Under the pieces are notes generated by a model. That model was given only the letters and a program-made list of their open reading frames with translations, did no database searches and was not told where the DNA came from. A stretch of 63,437 bases of DNA, filler included, from Craspedostauros australis (Eukaryota): assembly GCA_030167865.1 (NCBI GenBank). It is 12 parts of 12 records of this genome, joined end to end, with 100 filler letters (N's around TTAATTAATTAA, not from the genome) between each part and the next. Parts side by side here need not be neighbours in the genome. Positions count along the whole stretch, not along the records: positions 1 to 16,446 come from JALAGF010000479.1; 11 more parts are not named here. The stretch is one strand, 5' to 3'. The position numbers and the translations under genes are program-made. Below, piece by piece: positions 1-11,509 of this stretch (positions within the stretch are counted from its first letter, which is position 1; every line of letters starts with the position of its first letter).

Positions 1-1030
1 ATATGATCCGCTGGAGTTCATCAGATGATAAATACAGAGTTACACTAGGTGCATGTAAAGAAGGAGTTGAACTGCAACAGAGAGGTGCAATGCAATGGGT
101 GGGCACGAATAATCAATTTGCAGTAGAGCACATCGGATCAATCTGGTGTGAGCACAAAGTTTTGCTCCGATGTAGCCGTTGAGAACGAATTTTGGACTAC
201 CGCGACTCCTCAGAGAGATTATGAAATTATGAACGGTCTCCGAGGAGCGTTCATATTCGCGGACAATGAGTTCATAATTATTTCGATTGACGTTATGTCG
301 ACGTTGACCCCCAATTCAACGAGGAGCCGAAAGGTATCTTGTGCCCTAAATGGAGCGATATGATTGGTCAAGAGGCCCAGATTATGAAATTATGACCCTT
401 ACAACCACCTCCAGTGTCAGATTCAAAAAACTGACTCGTTTGACTGTTGGTGCTGTCACACCGTGATGCAAATTCTCACAAGTCCGCTCTCTAGCTTGTA
501 AGTCGTAGATGTCCTTGTTGACATCATTGTTCGTGTGACCAATCGTTTGTCGTTGAACATGTGACGTCAACGAGCCAATCACCCAATCCGGCACCAAACC
601 GAACAGACGTGCCCATCATCAACGCACTCAGGTGCGATGCACGAATCTCGTCGTCGTTGACGAAAAACATCTCTCAACATCATTGTCGCTGTTGTTGCAA
701 CGCACGCGCACGCATGCGCGTCGAGTGGTGAGTGTGTTTGTGTACGACCACGGTGACACTTCTCAACCAAGTGCCTTCCTCGCTGCCATTCTCATTCTTG
801 TTGCATCGTACGACTATACCCACAGATTCACACCTTCCAACTTCGTCCGTACCAGCCCAGCAGGAACAAGAACACATTCCAGGCTGTATCATCGTTGCAG
901 CACAGCATATCGCAGCACAGGCCACTCTCCATCCGCAGAGAGCTGCGACCTGCAGATCAGAGAAATACGGTGCACCATTCGCACTCGTGGCTCAAGAATC
1001 TTGAAGTTCAACAAATAGCGACCATCCGGA

Positions 1031-1915
1031 ATGACTTTTCCAACTTCCATTCTCGCCGGACTGCTTCTGGTGCTCGCCGTTGTTCTCAGCGAGAACAGCT
1101 ACGTACAATGCTTCCATTCGTCGCGGACGCAACGACATGGGATCTGCCAACAACAGAGGGATCTGCACGGCAACAATGTCTGCGCACCAAACCAACGCGC
1201 ACACGCACGCAGGACGACACAGCGCAACATGCGATTGAAGAAGGAGGATGAACGAGCGCCAGGATCGGAGCTCTTTCCTGGCAAGGGACCGTACGTGCCG
1301 TCCGGGATGTCCGCCCAGCAGTATGAGGAACTCAAGAAGAATGAGGATGACAAGATGCAGAAGATGAACTTTGGTGCGTGGGGACCGCGGTTCCAGCCGA
1401 CGGATGCGCCGCGCGGCGATTGGATGGTCACACCACGTCTGTGGACGAACGGTTTCCACTCGGATAGGTCGCCGGCGTCATCACCATCATCGGGTGCTGG
1501 TGCAAGCAGCAGCACATCGTCATCCCCAAGTACAAAACGAACGAGAATCGCGGAGATCATCCGCGATCAGGGACCAGGATTCGCCTTGGCCTACCTCCTC
1601 ACGGCCTTCCTCGGTTCCACCCACGGCCTCTACCGCGTCGCGCAGCAAGGATGGACCCTGCGTGCGGCGTTGCTAACAGTCCTGCGCAGCGCGGTCTTCA
1701 TCCCGGCACGCATATCGACGTGGAGGACCGCCTGCGCCATCATCTGCATGCGCGTCGCTGCCGCCACGGGTCTCACGCAGGTGGGCTGTCGCATCATTGA
1801 ACAGGCGAATCGCCAGCGGCTTTGGGCGCCGCGCCGCACGATCGCTGTGTCGGCCGTGACGATGTTCACGTCGCTGCTTGTGTGGGCCGGCATGCTGCAT
1901 CTGGGCATGTCGTGA
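1031..1915 (+). CDS. Hypothetical membrane protein, probably plastid-targeted (294 aa)
   Basis: ATG-started ORF with a hydrophobic signal peptide ending VQC-F (Phe at +1), an Arg/Ser-rich transit-like region, a non-low-complexity core (YVPSGMS..YEELKK..FGAWGPRF..GDW) and several C-terminal hydrophobic segments. Confidence 0.7.
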   Translation: MTFPTSILAGLLLVLAVVLSENSYVQCFHSSRTQRHGICQQQRDLHGNNVCAPNQRAHARRTTQRNMRLKKEDERAPGSELFPGKGPYVPSGMSAQQYEELKKNEDDKMQKMNFGAWGPRFQPTDAPRGDWMVTPRLWTNGFHSDRSPASSPSSGAGASSSTSSSPSTKRTRIAEIIRDQGPGFALAYLLTAFLGSTHGLYRVAQQGWTLRAALLTVLRSAVFIPARISTWRTACAIICMRVAAATGLTQVGCRIIEQANRQRLWAPRRTIAVSAVTMFTSLLVWAGMLHLGMS

Positions 1916-3977
1916 TCGGCAGCGTTATTTCTGGCATGGGAATGCTCTGCTACAATTGCCATTGGTCCTGTCGCGATTTGCGAAAGCAAACGAAAACAAG
2001 GGAACAGAACGCAGCAGCTACCCCATATATTCAATTTTATGCCGCCATCGCGATCTTCATGAATGTGGAGTGTATGCATGAGCACTCCAGCTTCATGGCG
2101 CGAGTATTGAATGCCTTTGTATTCATGGAGTAAACATATCCACTGGTGTTTTGGAAAGCAGAGTCGCAGTGACGGCGCAGACGGAGATCTTGGCAGAACT
2201 GTCCCGCTCTTGAGTGCCCAGATCAATGAGGGGTTGGGACGCGGTGTGCGGCTGGAGCAATATCTTGTGGCTGAAGCGAGCATGCGTAACGAAATGGTAA
2301 CCAACATACAATAGTTCTCTGCACATACTCCTGCATGCTGGTAGAGACCGAGAGAGCGACTGCTCTTGGATACCACAACATACCATGTAATGCGGCGCAA
2401 CGCAATGTATCTACGTGTGTGGCAACAACGATGATGGAGAGTGACGGCAGGTGCAAGCATGAAACGCAACGGTTCTCGGAGGTGCCCCAATCCATCGCAG
2501 CCAACAATCTTTCGCGATTCGTTCGCCCGTGACCTCGTCGATGATTCGTTCATTCATCTCTGTGGGACTGCCCAGATGCGGCATCTGCTGATTGATCTAT
2601 CTTGGGGTCAACAATTCTCAATCACCCAGGCGAATCTGAACTCCAAGCATGGTACCATAGTCGTAGCGTGTCCTCTGTCGTTGTTCATGGCCAACCCATG
2701 AGGCCAATGCGCGTGATCCGTGCGAAGTCAACGAAGAATCCAAGAGGCTCGTGCCCATTACTCCGCTTCACCCGTGCCATCCCATGCTCTTCCCGGCCAA
2801 AAAGGCGGGCATCGACCAATGCCATCACTCGATGTGATCTCTGTGAAGCTTGTGAGATGATCCAGCAGAAACATCAAAGCAGCGACACATACCGTGCTCC
2901 TCCATGTCAGCCATGCCCAAGAAGAAATTTAAGAATTCAACCACGCCACAGAACCTGATTTCGCGTCGCTGGGTGGGACAAGCCGCAGCTCCGTATCGTG
3001 TCACCTCTCATGTGGGAGCTACATGTGTGGTTGTGTTGGCACGAGCTGGTATGCTGTGAGGGGCGAAACAATCTACTTCTCCAATCGTGGACGACCTCGT
3101 GAGGGTGCGCGGCAACGGTTCATGTTTCTGCATGGGGCGAAGTGGGAAAGCCAAACGCAAGACACAAATTTGGAAAGAATTTTGTTCCAAATCCCCGCAA
3201 CGAACATTCCCATGTGTTGATTCGTGACCGAAGGCGACAGTTGAATCCGGGACAAACGAACGGACGTTTGGAATCAGGTGTTGCACGATTTTATCGTGTT
3301 GAGATTGCGCCAACAAGAGTCACTTTTGTCCGTCGTGGGCTAAAAACCCCAACTACAAGAGTCGCATAGCCAGATTTAACGTTTTCGAGGAAACTTGACG
3401 CCCGCCGATCTTGTCGGACTGCTTTCAAACCAATTTAAACGCAAGAGGGAGTCTTGTGGATGTCCCCCAGGTTCCAAAGAAAGTGAAGCGTTCACATTTT
3501 CAGAGAGCGCCACAATTATCAGGTCCCACACGCCGCCCAAACTCAAACACAACCACATCACCCCAAAACCTCGTGCAAATCCGCCAACAGTTCCGACACA
3601 CCATACGAGTTATTGTACTGGCACTGACAACTTGTACAATCATACCACGCCTCTCTTCAGTTCCTTTCCATTGGGACAGCCAGTCATCTATTACTACGAT
3701 ACTCATACTCGCACAATACTGAAACAGCTTCCGTTTCCGCACACATCAAATTGACCGATCGATTCATTGAATGATTCGTTCGCTCGCTCGTTGGTTGACG
3801 ACTGATTGATCGATCGATACATTTTCGCAGCCCCATCTCACATTCGCACAATCCCAACTAAGCTTCCTTCCATCGACGATACTCTGAGACGACAACGTAC
3901 TCAAGCAGAAGCAAACACACTCGCAGCCGCAGGCCCAGCCACACAGACACAAACAAATAATACAGACCAATTACGCA

Positions 3978-5510
3978 ATGACGATCTCAAGGACCTTCTC
4001 GTGGCAGCAAAGCTGCCTACTGATGTCGATGCTGCTGATGTTACTACTGGATTCACAGTTGGGCATCAAGATGGCTCATGCCGCGCCGCAAAAGACGAAG
4101 GACAAGCAGAAGAACAAGAAGAAGGTGAGCAAAAAGAAGACGTCAAGTCCGACCAGCCCCCCAACAGTGGCACCGACATCCTCGCCAACGGCACGCACCA
4201 CCTCCAAGCGGCCAACCAGAATCCCAACCTCGGCACCGACGCCGACCCTCACCGAGATCCCAACAGGTTCGCCCGATGATTCTGCTGGTCAGACGACAAC
4301 CACAGCGGCTGCGACCACGACGGCTGCGACCACAACCGCTGCTGCAACTACCACTACGACGGCAGCCGCAACAACAGCAACAACGACGACCACAGCTGAG
4401 CAGACGACGCAAGCTACCACTGAGGCCACCACCACCACTGTTGCGACCACTGCCGCGGAGACCACCACAACGACAACAGCAAGCACTACCACAACCGACG
4501 CGGACACGCCAACGGCGTCGCCCACACCAGACGAGGACACGGCTCAGGCCGATCAGGCATTGACGAACCAACCATCCTCGGTTCCGATCCCGGACATGAC
4601 CTTCCTGATGACTCTGCAGCTTGAAGATGAAGACGCATCGGAATCCAGCCGCCTCAGTTCCGGGCGCACGACGCAGGTCGTCCGAATCACGAACCTCATG
4701 GAGATCGTCATCCCACGCGTCATCAAGAACCATCTCGCGAGCGATGAGAGCCTCGGATATCTGTCTGGTGCCGTCGACGCAACCTCCAACATCATCGCCG
4801 ACGGCCAGCTCCTCTCCGCCGATCAAGTTGGCGACAACAACAATCGCATGCTGCAGGACGGCGACGACAACACGATTCGTCTGCGTGTGGATACATCCGG
4901 AACAGGCAAGTTCGACGGCAGGGTACAAACGACTAAACAAGATTTGGAGGACTCCCTGACCAAGTACTTCCAGACCTCGGGCACGGCCGATCTTGATTCC
5001 GAGATGGATGCCCGCGGTGTCGTCCAGAAGGGCAACATGGCCGTCTACATCAGCAAGAGCCTAGTCGAGCTGGATGAAAGCAGCCGGGGTGGAATCAACG
5101 GCGCCAACAGCGGCGAGACGATCGGAGGGCGCTCCAAGTCAAAGAACAACAACGCCCAGATGGCAATCATGATCGTGGCCATCATCGTCGCCTGCATCTT
5201 GATCGTCGTCACCCTCGTCGTTACTTCGAGGCATCGAGCCGCCCTACGAGCGCAGAGATTCGCCATCACATCCGTCGGCAACGTCCCCATGGACGGGGAG
5301 GATCTCAAGTACATTGACGCAGCGACGGAAACCATCAGCGCCAGCCAATGCACGAGTGCCAACCACCAGCACGACCCCACGGCCCGCGTCATGGTCGTCG
5401 CGACCTCACCGCTGCCGCCGGTCCGGGATTCCTCCTCCTCCTCCTACGACGACGACGATTGCAGCGACAGCAGCAGCGACGTGGCCTCAAACGGCATGAT
5501 ATTAGCCTAA
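3978..5510 (+). CDS. Thr/Pro-rich mucin-like type I membrane glycoprotein (510 aa)
   Basis: N-terminal signal peptide, Lys cluster, PTxxPT and TTAAAT repeats, a globular domain containing RMLQ, a single TM (MAIMIVAIIVACILIVVTLVV) and a Ser/Asp-rich tail. Confidence 0.8.
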   Translation: MTISRTFSWQQSCLLMSMLLMLLLDSQLGIKMAHAAPQKTKDKQKNKKKVSKKKTSSPTSPPTVAPTSSPTARTTSKRPTRIPTSAPTPTLTEIPTGSPDDSAGQTTTTAAATTTAATTTAAATTTTTAAATTATTTTTAEQTTQATTEATTTTVATTAAETTTTTTASTTTTDADTPTASPTPDEDTAQADQALTNQPSSVPIPDMTFLMTLQLEDEDASESSRLSSGRTTQVVRITNLMEIVIPRVIKNHLASDESLGYLSGAVDATSNIIADGQLLSADQVGDNNNRMLQDGDDNTIRLRVDTSGTGKFDGRVQTTKQDLEDSLTKYFQTSGTADLDSEMDARGVVQKGNMAVYISKSLVELDESSRGGINGANSGETIGGRSKSKNNNAQMAIMIVAIIVACILIVVTLVVTSRHRAALRAQRFAITSVGNVPMDGEDLKYIDAATETISASQCTSANHQHDPTARVMVVATSPLPPVRDSSSSSYDDDDCSDSSSDVASNGMILA

Positions 5511-6548
5511 GAGATCATCGCTCATGCGTCGATCGAGACGACACGCACGAAATGCGGCAACATGAGTCCCGTCATAGCTAGATGCGCTGTCATGGCCGCC
5601 AGTGCCTGAAACCAATAGATATTCACTGTTACTTGTCTTCCACATTGTCTGAATCAGCACGAGTGGAGCGCATTGATGAATGCCACTGCGCGCGTCAAGC
5701 TCGCATCGACCTGGGATTCGATGCGCTCTCTCATTGTGGTGGGTGGCAGTGACTGTATTCACCCGTCTTCGACCATGACGTGCGTGGGGCGTGATCTCCA
5801 CTTGAACATCTTCGTATCGTCCGCTTCTCGCAGCGACCATGACTTGTTGCCTTGTCGCGTTCTGTTCGTTGCTTGCCATGATGAGATTCATCCGGTCCCG
5901 GTATGTTTCATTTTTATTCGCATGAGTCGAATCACGAAGAACAACAGAATGACTGTCGGATGCGTGTACTGGTGAAGAGATCTTGTTTGTTGCTTCTGTT
6001 GACACCTGAGATCTGGGGGTGCGACCATGGGAAACAGAAAGCAGCCACAACACAGAAGAGAGAGAGAGAGAGAAAGGAAGAGGCCACACCCACTTTCACC
6101 CATCATACATACACACCACACAAATCAAACTCGTGCATGAGAATCAAGATCAGCCGTCAACCACAAGCGATCCCAACCAAGAAGGTGAGAGAGTGCTGGA
6201 GAGGACTGAACCTAAGTCGGTTTTGCTGTCGGATCGTTGCATATCTCCGCAGGTGTATGCCGAAGGTGCATCTGACGGATTGCCTTTGTTGTTTGGTTCG
6301 ATTCTCTTTGGGTCCTCTTGTGACATTCATCAACTCACACATGCTCATCGCCTCCGTCTTCGGGTCGTTTGCGTTCATCGTGATGTGATTGCTGAAACAG
6401 CAACAGACCAAGAGAGCTGACGGTCACTGTTATCATACGGGTACCCATCGTTGGAGTGACAAACGCCCGTTCTCAACAACCAACAACCAACAACCACAAC
6501 CTTCAAACACATAACAAACATTCACGAGTTGCTCGCGTCGTCATCATC

Positions 6549-8372
6549 ATGACGACTGTTTCCAACGCGCAGCTTTTTGCTGCTGCCATGGTGGGAGACA
6601 TGGAGGTACTGAGGGCATGGAAGAGTCAGAATCCAAGTGCAAATGGGAAGTTCACGGGATGGAATGGTGCCACTCCTCTCCATTTCGCATGCATCTCGTG
6701 CAAGTGGGAAGTTGCGGAATACCTGGTTAAATCGAGCATCGCCAATGCCAACGCCCAAGATGCCAATGGAGACACCCCGCTTCACTTTGCGTGTCTGCAG
6801 GGCAATTTGGCGTGTGCAGTTTACCTCATTCAATTAGACAGTGCCACTGTCGAAGTTGAAAACGGCGCTGGAGCCACTCCTCTTCTTCACGCATGCCGGA
6901 ATGGCCATTTGGCTGTTGTGAAGCATCTTCATTCAAGCGGAGCCGATGCCCACATTGGAGATAATAATGGGAATACTGCCCTTTTTCACGCATGCCAGAA
7001 TGGCCATTTGGACATTGTGAAGCATCTAATCCAATCATGCAACGCCGAGGTCAATGTTGAAAACAATGATGGAGCCACTCCTCTTCTGGAAGCGTGTCGA
7101 AATGGCCATTTGGACAGCGCAAAATACCTAATCGTGTGGGGTAGCGCCAGCGTCGACATCCGCGACAGAGTTGGAGATACTCCTCTTCATTTCGCATGCC
7201 ACCAGGGCGATGCTGACTTTGCGAAGCATGTGATAGAGGCAGGCGGAGCAAAGATCAACGTGAAAAACAGAGATGGAGACACGCCCCTTCACTACGCATG
7301 TCGCAAAGGCCATTTGGATGTTGTGAAAGCCTTGATGGAATCGGGCAGCGCCGACATCACCATCTTGAACGACAACAACCAAACGCCCCTGGACAAGGCC
7401 GAAGCAGAAGATCGCATCAACATCATCAAATTCTTTGCGAAGCATTCCCTCTACCTACACTCTCAACTGCAAGCATGCCGACAAAGCCAACCAGATATGG
7501 ATACAAGCGCTCCCGCAGACGCAGTGCCATCTCAAGATAACCAACCCTCCAGCCCCCCAAACACCAACATCAACGTTGGCATCGGCCAAGACCGACTCGA
7601 CGCTCTTCATACCGACACCACGGCGGACATCACGTTCCTGTGCGGCCGAGATGACGAACAGCAACCCATCAAGGCAAACTGCGGTGTCTTGTTGGTCACT
7701 GTTCCGTCCATCAAGTCGCTCATCGATTCTGGAATCCACCATCAGCTTCCAACCGATGTGGAGTCATCCGTTTCCACTCGAGTCACCATCCCGCTCATCG
7801 AGTTTGATGCTAAACACGTCCGATACGTCCTTCAATGCATCTATTCAGGTGAAACATCGTTCAACAATCACATTGGTGACGATGGCAGTCCTGGCATGAC
7901 CACACAAGATGATCTGCAACAAGTGATCCTTGTGGCCGACAAGTTCGGTTTCTGGAGACTCAAGCTGGTCGTCGAGGCCGAGCTGATCCGCAAGCACCTG
8001 GCAGAGGATACAATGGTTGATCTGCTATTATTCGCCGATCAAAGCAATTGCATGATGCTACGAGATGCGGCAATGAATATGACATCTGCAACTGGGAACG
8101 CTCTGTTTGATCACCCGAGCTTCATGGAATTATGTGAGTATGCCGATTTGATGAGAGAGATCAGTGCAATCCGCAAGGACGGAATCCCAAACTGTGGGGT
8201 GGATGATAGGTACAGTGAAATGTCCATGATGGAGCTGTATGGAATGTTAGATGGAGAAGAGAGTGCGAAGTTGGCGTCGTACATGGATCGAAAGGCGTTG
8301 CTCGAGTTTGTGCGCTCCATCAAAACACGCGGCACGATCGACGATGAGGCCGACGCCAAGAACGATAATTGA
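6549..8372 (+). CDS. Ankyrin repeat + BTB/POZ (BACK-like) domain protein
   Basis: Seven GxTPL/ALxxAC ankyrin motifs, then ADITFLCG...KANCGVL...LQCIYSG...ADKFGFWRLK (BTB). First ATG at 6549 within the ORF called from 6456. Confidence 0.9.
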   Translation: MTTVSNAQLFAAAMVGDMEVLRAWKSQNPSANGKFTGWNGATPLHFACISCKWEVAEYLVKSSIANANAQDANGDTPLHFACLQGNLACAVYLIQLDSATVEVENGAGATPLLHACRNGHLAVVKHLHSSGADAHIGDNNGNTALFHACQNGHLDIVKHLIQSCNAEVNVENNDGATPLLEACRNGHLDSAKYLIVWGSASVDIRDRVGDTPLHFACHQGDADFAKHVIEAGGAKINVKNRDGDTPLHYACRKGHLDVVKALMESGSADITILNDNNQTPLDKAEAEDRINIIKFFAKHSLYLHSQLQACRQSQPDMDTSAPADAVPSQDNQPSSPPNTNINVGIGQDRLDALHTDTTADITFLCGRDDEQQPIKANCGVLLVTVPSIKSLIDSGIHHQLPTDVESSVSTRVTIPLIEFDAKHVRYVLQCIYSGETSFNNHIGDDGSPGMTTQDDLQQVILVADKFGFWRLKLVVEAELIRKHLAEDTMVDLLLFADQSNCMMLRDAAMNMTSATGNALFDHPSFMELCEYADLMREISAIRKDGIPNCGVDDRYSEMSMMELYGMLDGEESAKLASYMDRKALLEFVRSIKTRGTIDDEADAKNDN

Positions 8373-8497
8373 AGTAGAAACACTATCCTAAAAAAAACAG
8401 TCTCGTGACCCTTCCCCTGTTGAAGACGTACGTAGAACTGGTACAAAAACTCTTACGTAGAACACGTTAAACCAGTACCGGGAGCGAAACCCCGACA

Positions 8498-10765
8498 ATG
8501 GCGAAACAAAAACGTAGTGACCGTGATCACAAAGCCGACACCATGGCCCCGATCCCCCCACCGCCGCCAGGCAAGCCTCCAGCCAAAGCTCTACTCCCTC
8601 CTGTCCAAACCGCGCCCTCGAACGACCCTCAGGGCAACGGGGAGGTCGAAATGACCGGCTCAGACACGCCCACAGCAAAAAATTCCAGCACCAAGGACGG
8701 ATGGCTGTGGAGCCATGCGTTGGAGCAACAATGGCGGAAAATGCTCAAGGAGCGAAACTTCGCGACGCGACTGGTCAACCCCTTCACAGAACTCTTCGGC
8801 GAAGGTGACACAATTCACGACGCCACAAAGTTTGTCAAAGGGCTGGCAGGGAACCCCCCGTTCGTAAACGTTACACAATGGTCCGACATCTTTGAGAAAG
8901 CCATCCAACACAAACTCGACCCCAACGACAATGACCGCACGATCGCCCTCTACCTCCGGCTCATCAAGACCGACAACCTATTCACATCCATGTGGAAGAG
9001 AGGTCGGGTCCGCGAGACTCACGAGTCTGCAGGGTGGGTCGCCGCACGTCTTGTGTTCATGAAAGACAAGCACATCGACATCGATAACCTGGAAGGAGAG
9101 AAAGCCATATCCCCCAACCCCGCTGAGAAGAAGAAGCAAAAGAAAACAGAGATGCTCTACCTCCGAAGAGAGGCAGTCGAAAAGACCAGGGATTCTGTCA
9201 ATAACGCTCTGTCAGACTTCCACCGAACCTTTGTCGACCTGCGTCTCCCTGCCCCCCGAGACGGAGATAAGACCGCCCCAGCACAAGCAATCGAAAGCCT
9301 CAACGTCGTCGTGGACTTCATTTTCCAAAATGATGTCAAGGCAAAATTCATGTCATGGCACCACGGCACCACCAGACCGTGGTCCAAGAGAGACGGAAAA
9401 TGGGAATCCAGAGAAACAGTGAAACTGTTTGTGGAGAACCTATACGCACGCACAGGCAACACCATCTTCACCCGCGTTCTTCTCGCCCACAAAAAGGATT
9501 TCGACTCCTTCAAGGACGACGGCACCCTCATCGACGAAGGCATCCAGATGAAACCCTCGGCGATCCAGGAGAAGACGATCGTCTCCGCAGGATGGCTATT
9601 CGGCAGCCACAGCACCACAAACAACCGCGACCTGGCAGAGGTCATAGGTGGCCACAGCAAGGTCAAAGGTGTTATGGAAATTGAAATTCGACTCAAGGAA
9701 ATCCGTCTCCGCTCAGGGCGTCAAGTGAAACGCAAGGACTTCAAGGACCGTCAGCGAGCAGCCCATGTCATGTGCGGCCACTCCAAAGCCAAGGAGTGCC
9801 GCGCAGCGATGAAGCGTATATTCAACGAGAAAGGCGCCAGTCTGGTTCTAGGCAAGCAACTCCGCTTCATGCCAGACGCGTTGGATCCCCGCTTCGTCCC
9901 CTCTCCAAGAAAGCTCCTCGGACTCGAATACATGGCGAAGGCCCAACACAAATTCGAGACCCGGATGCTTTCCCAAGGAGTGGAGTCGATCCAAGAGCTC
10001 GACGTCCCGATGTCTGTCTATCTGGTCTCTCTCCGCGAAGTGATCATGAATTTTCGATCGTTTGCGAATCCAGAGTACGCCCTCTTCGTGTCGGTAGATA
10101 CGGACAGAGCAGACCCCTTCCGCACCAACTTCGTCTACCACGAGGATCGCCAGGTTGAGGCACAGGAGGTTATCTCCAAGCTCCCTTTCCTCTGCCTCAA
10201 GCTTCTAGGAGGCAACTGCCATCACTGGTTTACACCCTCCGGGTGGGCCGACACGGACAACTTCACAGAAGACTGGGCCACCGGTTTCGTCACCGGGGTC
10301 GACGAGGACGAGATCGAGGAATACACGGAGATAGCCCAGAGCGTTCTGCACTCCGATGTCGAGGCAATGAACTCCGTCCTAGCAGAAGACATGGGGTGGA
10401 AAGGCGCTGTCGACGAAGAAGGCCGAGCTAAACGGATTCCACTTCTCAAGATAGAGATCGATCTCGACAACATCCCGAAAAACCAAACCGGTGACAACCA
10501 CACAGTGGGGTCCAATACTCTGGCCACCTTCGCGGACATCTCCCTGCACCAACAGGTGGAATTCGCGGGGCATGCGATGTCCACGACGGCTCGCACCAAA
10601 GCGGCCAGACCTCACCAGTTCGCCACCGATCCCACAGCTCTCCACGACGTGGAAATGCCAATCACGGCCAAGGACGGCTCGTTCGTCTTCCCATCTGCGG
10701 CTCTGTCCCCGCTTCCCGAAGGACCCCCAACAGGCAGCAAAGACGCCATGGACGTCAAGGAGTAA
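8498..10765 (+). CDS. ORF1 (putative nucleic-acid-binding/gag-like protein) of the non-LTR element
   Basis: 755-aa intact ORF with a Pro-rich disordered N-terminus and a basic middle region. It lies upstream of, and in the same frame as, the RT ORF. No recognisable catalytic motifs. Confidence 0.78.
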   Translation: MAKQKRSDRDHKADTMAPIPPPPPGKPPAKALLPPVQTAPSNDPQGNGEVEMTGSDTPTAKNSSTKDGWLWSHALEQQWRKMLKERNFATRLVNPFTELFGEGDTIHDATKFVKGLAGNPPFVNVTQWSDIFEKAIQHKLDPNDNDRTIALYLRLIKTDNLFTSMWKRGRVRETHESAGWVAARLVFMKDKHIDIDNLEGEKAISPNPAEKKKQKKTEMLYLRREAVEKTRDSVNNALSDFHRTFVDLRLPAPRDGDKTAPAQAIESLNVVVDFIFQNDVKAKFMSWHHGTTRPWSKRDGKWESRETVKLFVENLYARTGNTIFTRVLLAHKKDFDSFKDDGTLIDEGIQMKPSAIQEKTIVSAGWLFGSHSTTNNRDLAEVIGGHSKVKGVMEIEIRLKEIRLRSGRQVKRKDFKDRQRAAHVMCGHSKAKECRAAMKRIFNEKGASLVLGKQLRFMPDALDPRFVPSPRKLLGLEYMAKAQHKFETRMLSQGVESIQELDVPMSVYLVSLREVIMNFRSFANPEYALFVSVDTDRADPFRTNFVYHEDRQVEAQEVISKLPFLCLKLLGGNCHHWFTPSGWADTDNFTEDWATGFVTGVDEDEIEEYTEIAQSVLHSDVEAMNSVLAEDMGWKGAVDEEGRAKRIPLLKIEIDLDNIPKNQTGDNHTVGSNTLATFADISLHQQVEFAGHAMSTTARTKAARPHQFATDPTALHDVEMPITAKDGSFVFPSAALSPLPEGPPTGSKDAMDVKE

Positions 10766-11509
10766 GGCCCCAACAAGTACAGCCAAACTCACAGCAAACG
10801 CACACCGAAGGATTGCAATCACATCACTACCCCTACAACAAAAAAAAAAAAAAATTTTTACACGTATCAGCCAAGACAGCATCAACGACAACACCAGCAC
10901 CAACATCTCAACACCATCGGCGCGAGTCCCATAATATAGTCAACGACTCCAACCACAATCTCCACCACGCCCACAACAGCAACAACACGGGCAACCCCAC
11001 TCAAATACACCGTCTTCATTCGAACCACGTGACAACCGGCATTGTCTTCGGCCGTACTCTCGCAACTGGCGACCGAGCACGACCCCGACAAACAATCACT
11101 CCCTATTCACGCCCCGTGTCCCTTCCGACGCAGACCATCCATCCACCTGTACACAGGCATCACACCACAGCCCCGTGACACAGCCAACGTGCACACGTGC
11201 GATCAACTCGTGTGCACAATCACAACCACTCACCCAGCCCACACTACTACTCTTATACAATCCCACCACCACTTCCACACCACTACACCACCACAATCCA
11301 AAAACCCCACCAACACCATTCCACACACATTGACTCCCAAGTTAACCAGCCCCACCACTACTCTCATAACCTACTCACGTCTGCATCTCCAGCAGCCCAA
11401 CATCCTTACACCCCTCGCATCTACGAACTACCCACAGCGACTCCACCCGACCACGTGCTCTCTGTCTTCAGCGCCCCTACGAAGATCCCCACTTTGCAGG
11501 AGGAACACC

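Noticed and set aside
10766..11041. Read-through or -1 frameshift at A AAT TTT fusing ORF1 and ORF2
   Set aside because: The slippery-like site lies after the ORF1 stop, and further in-frame stops occur (TAG near 10937, TGA at 11030).
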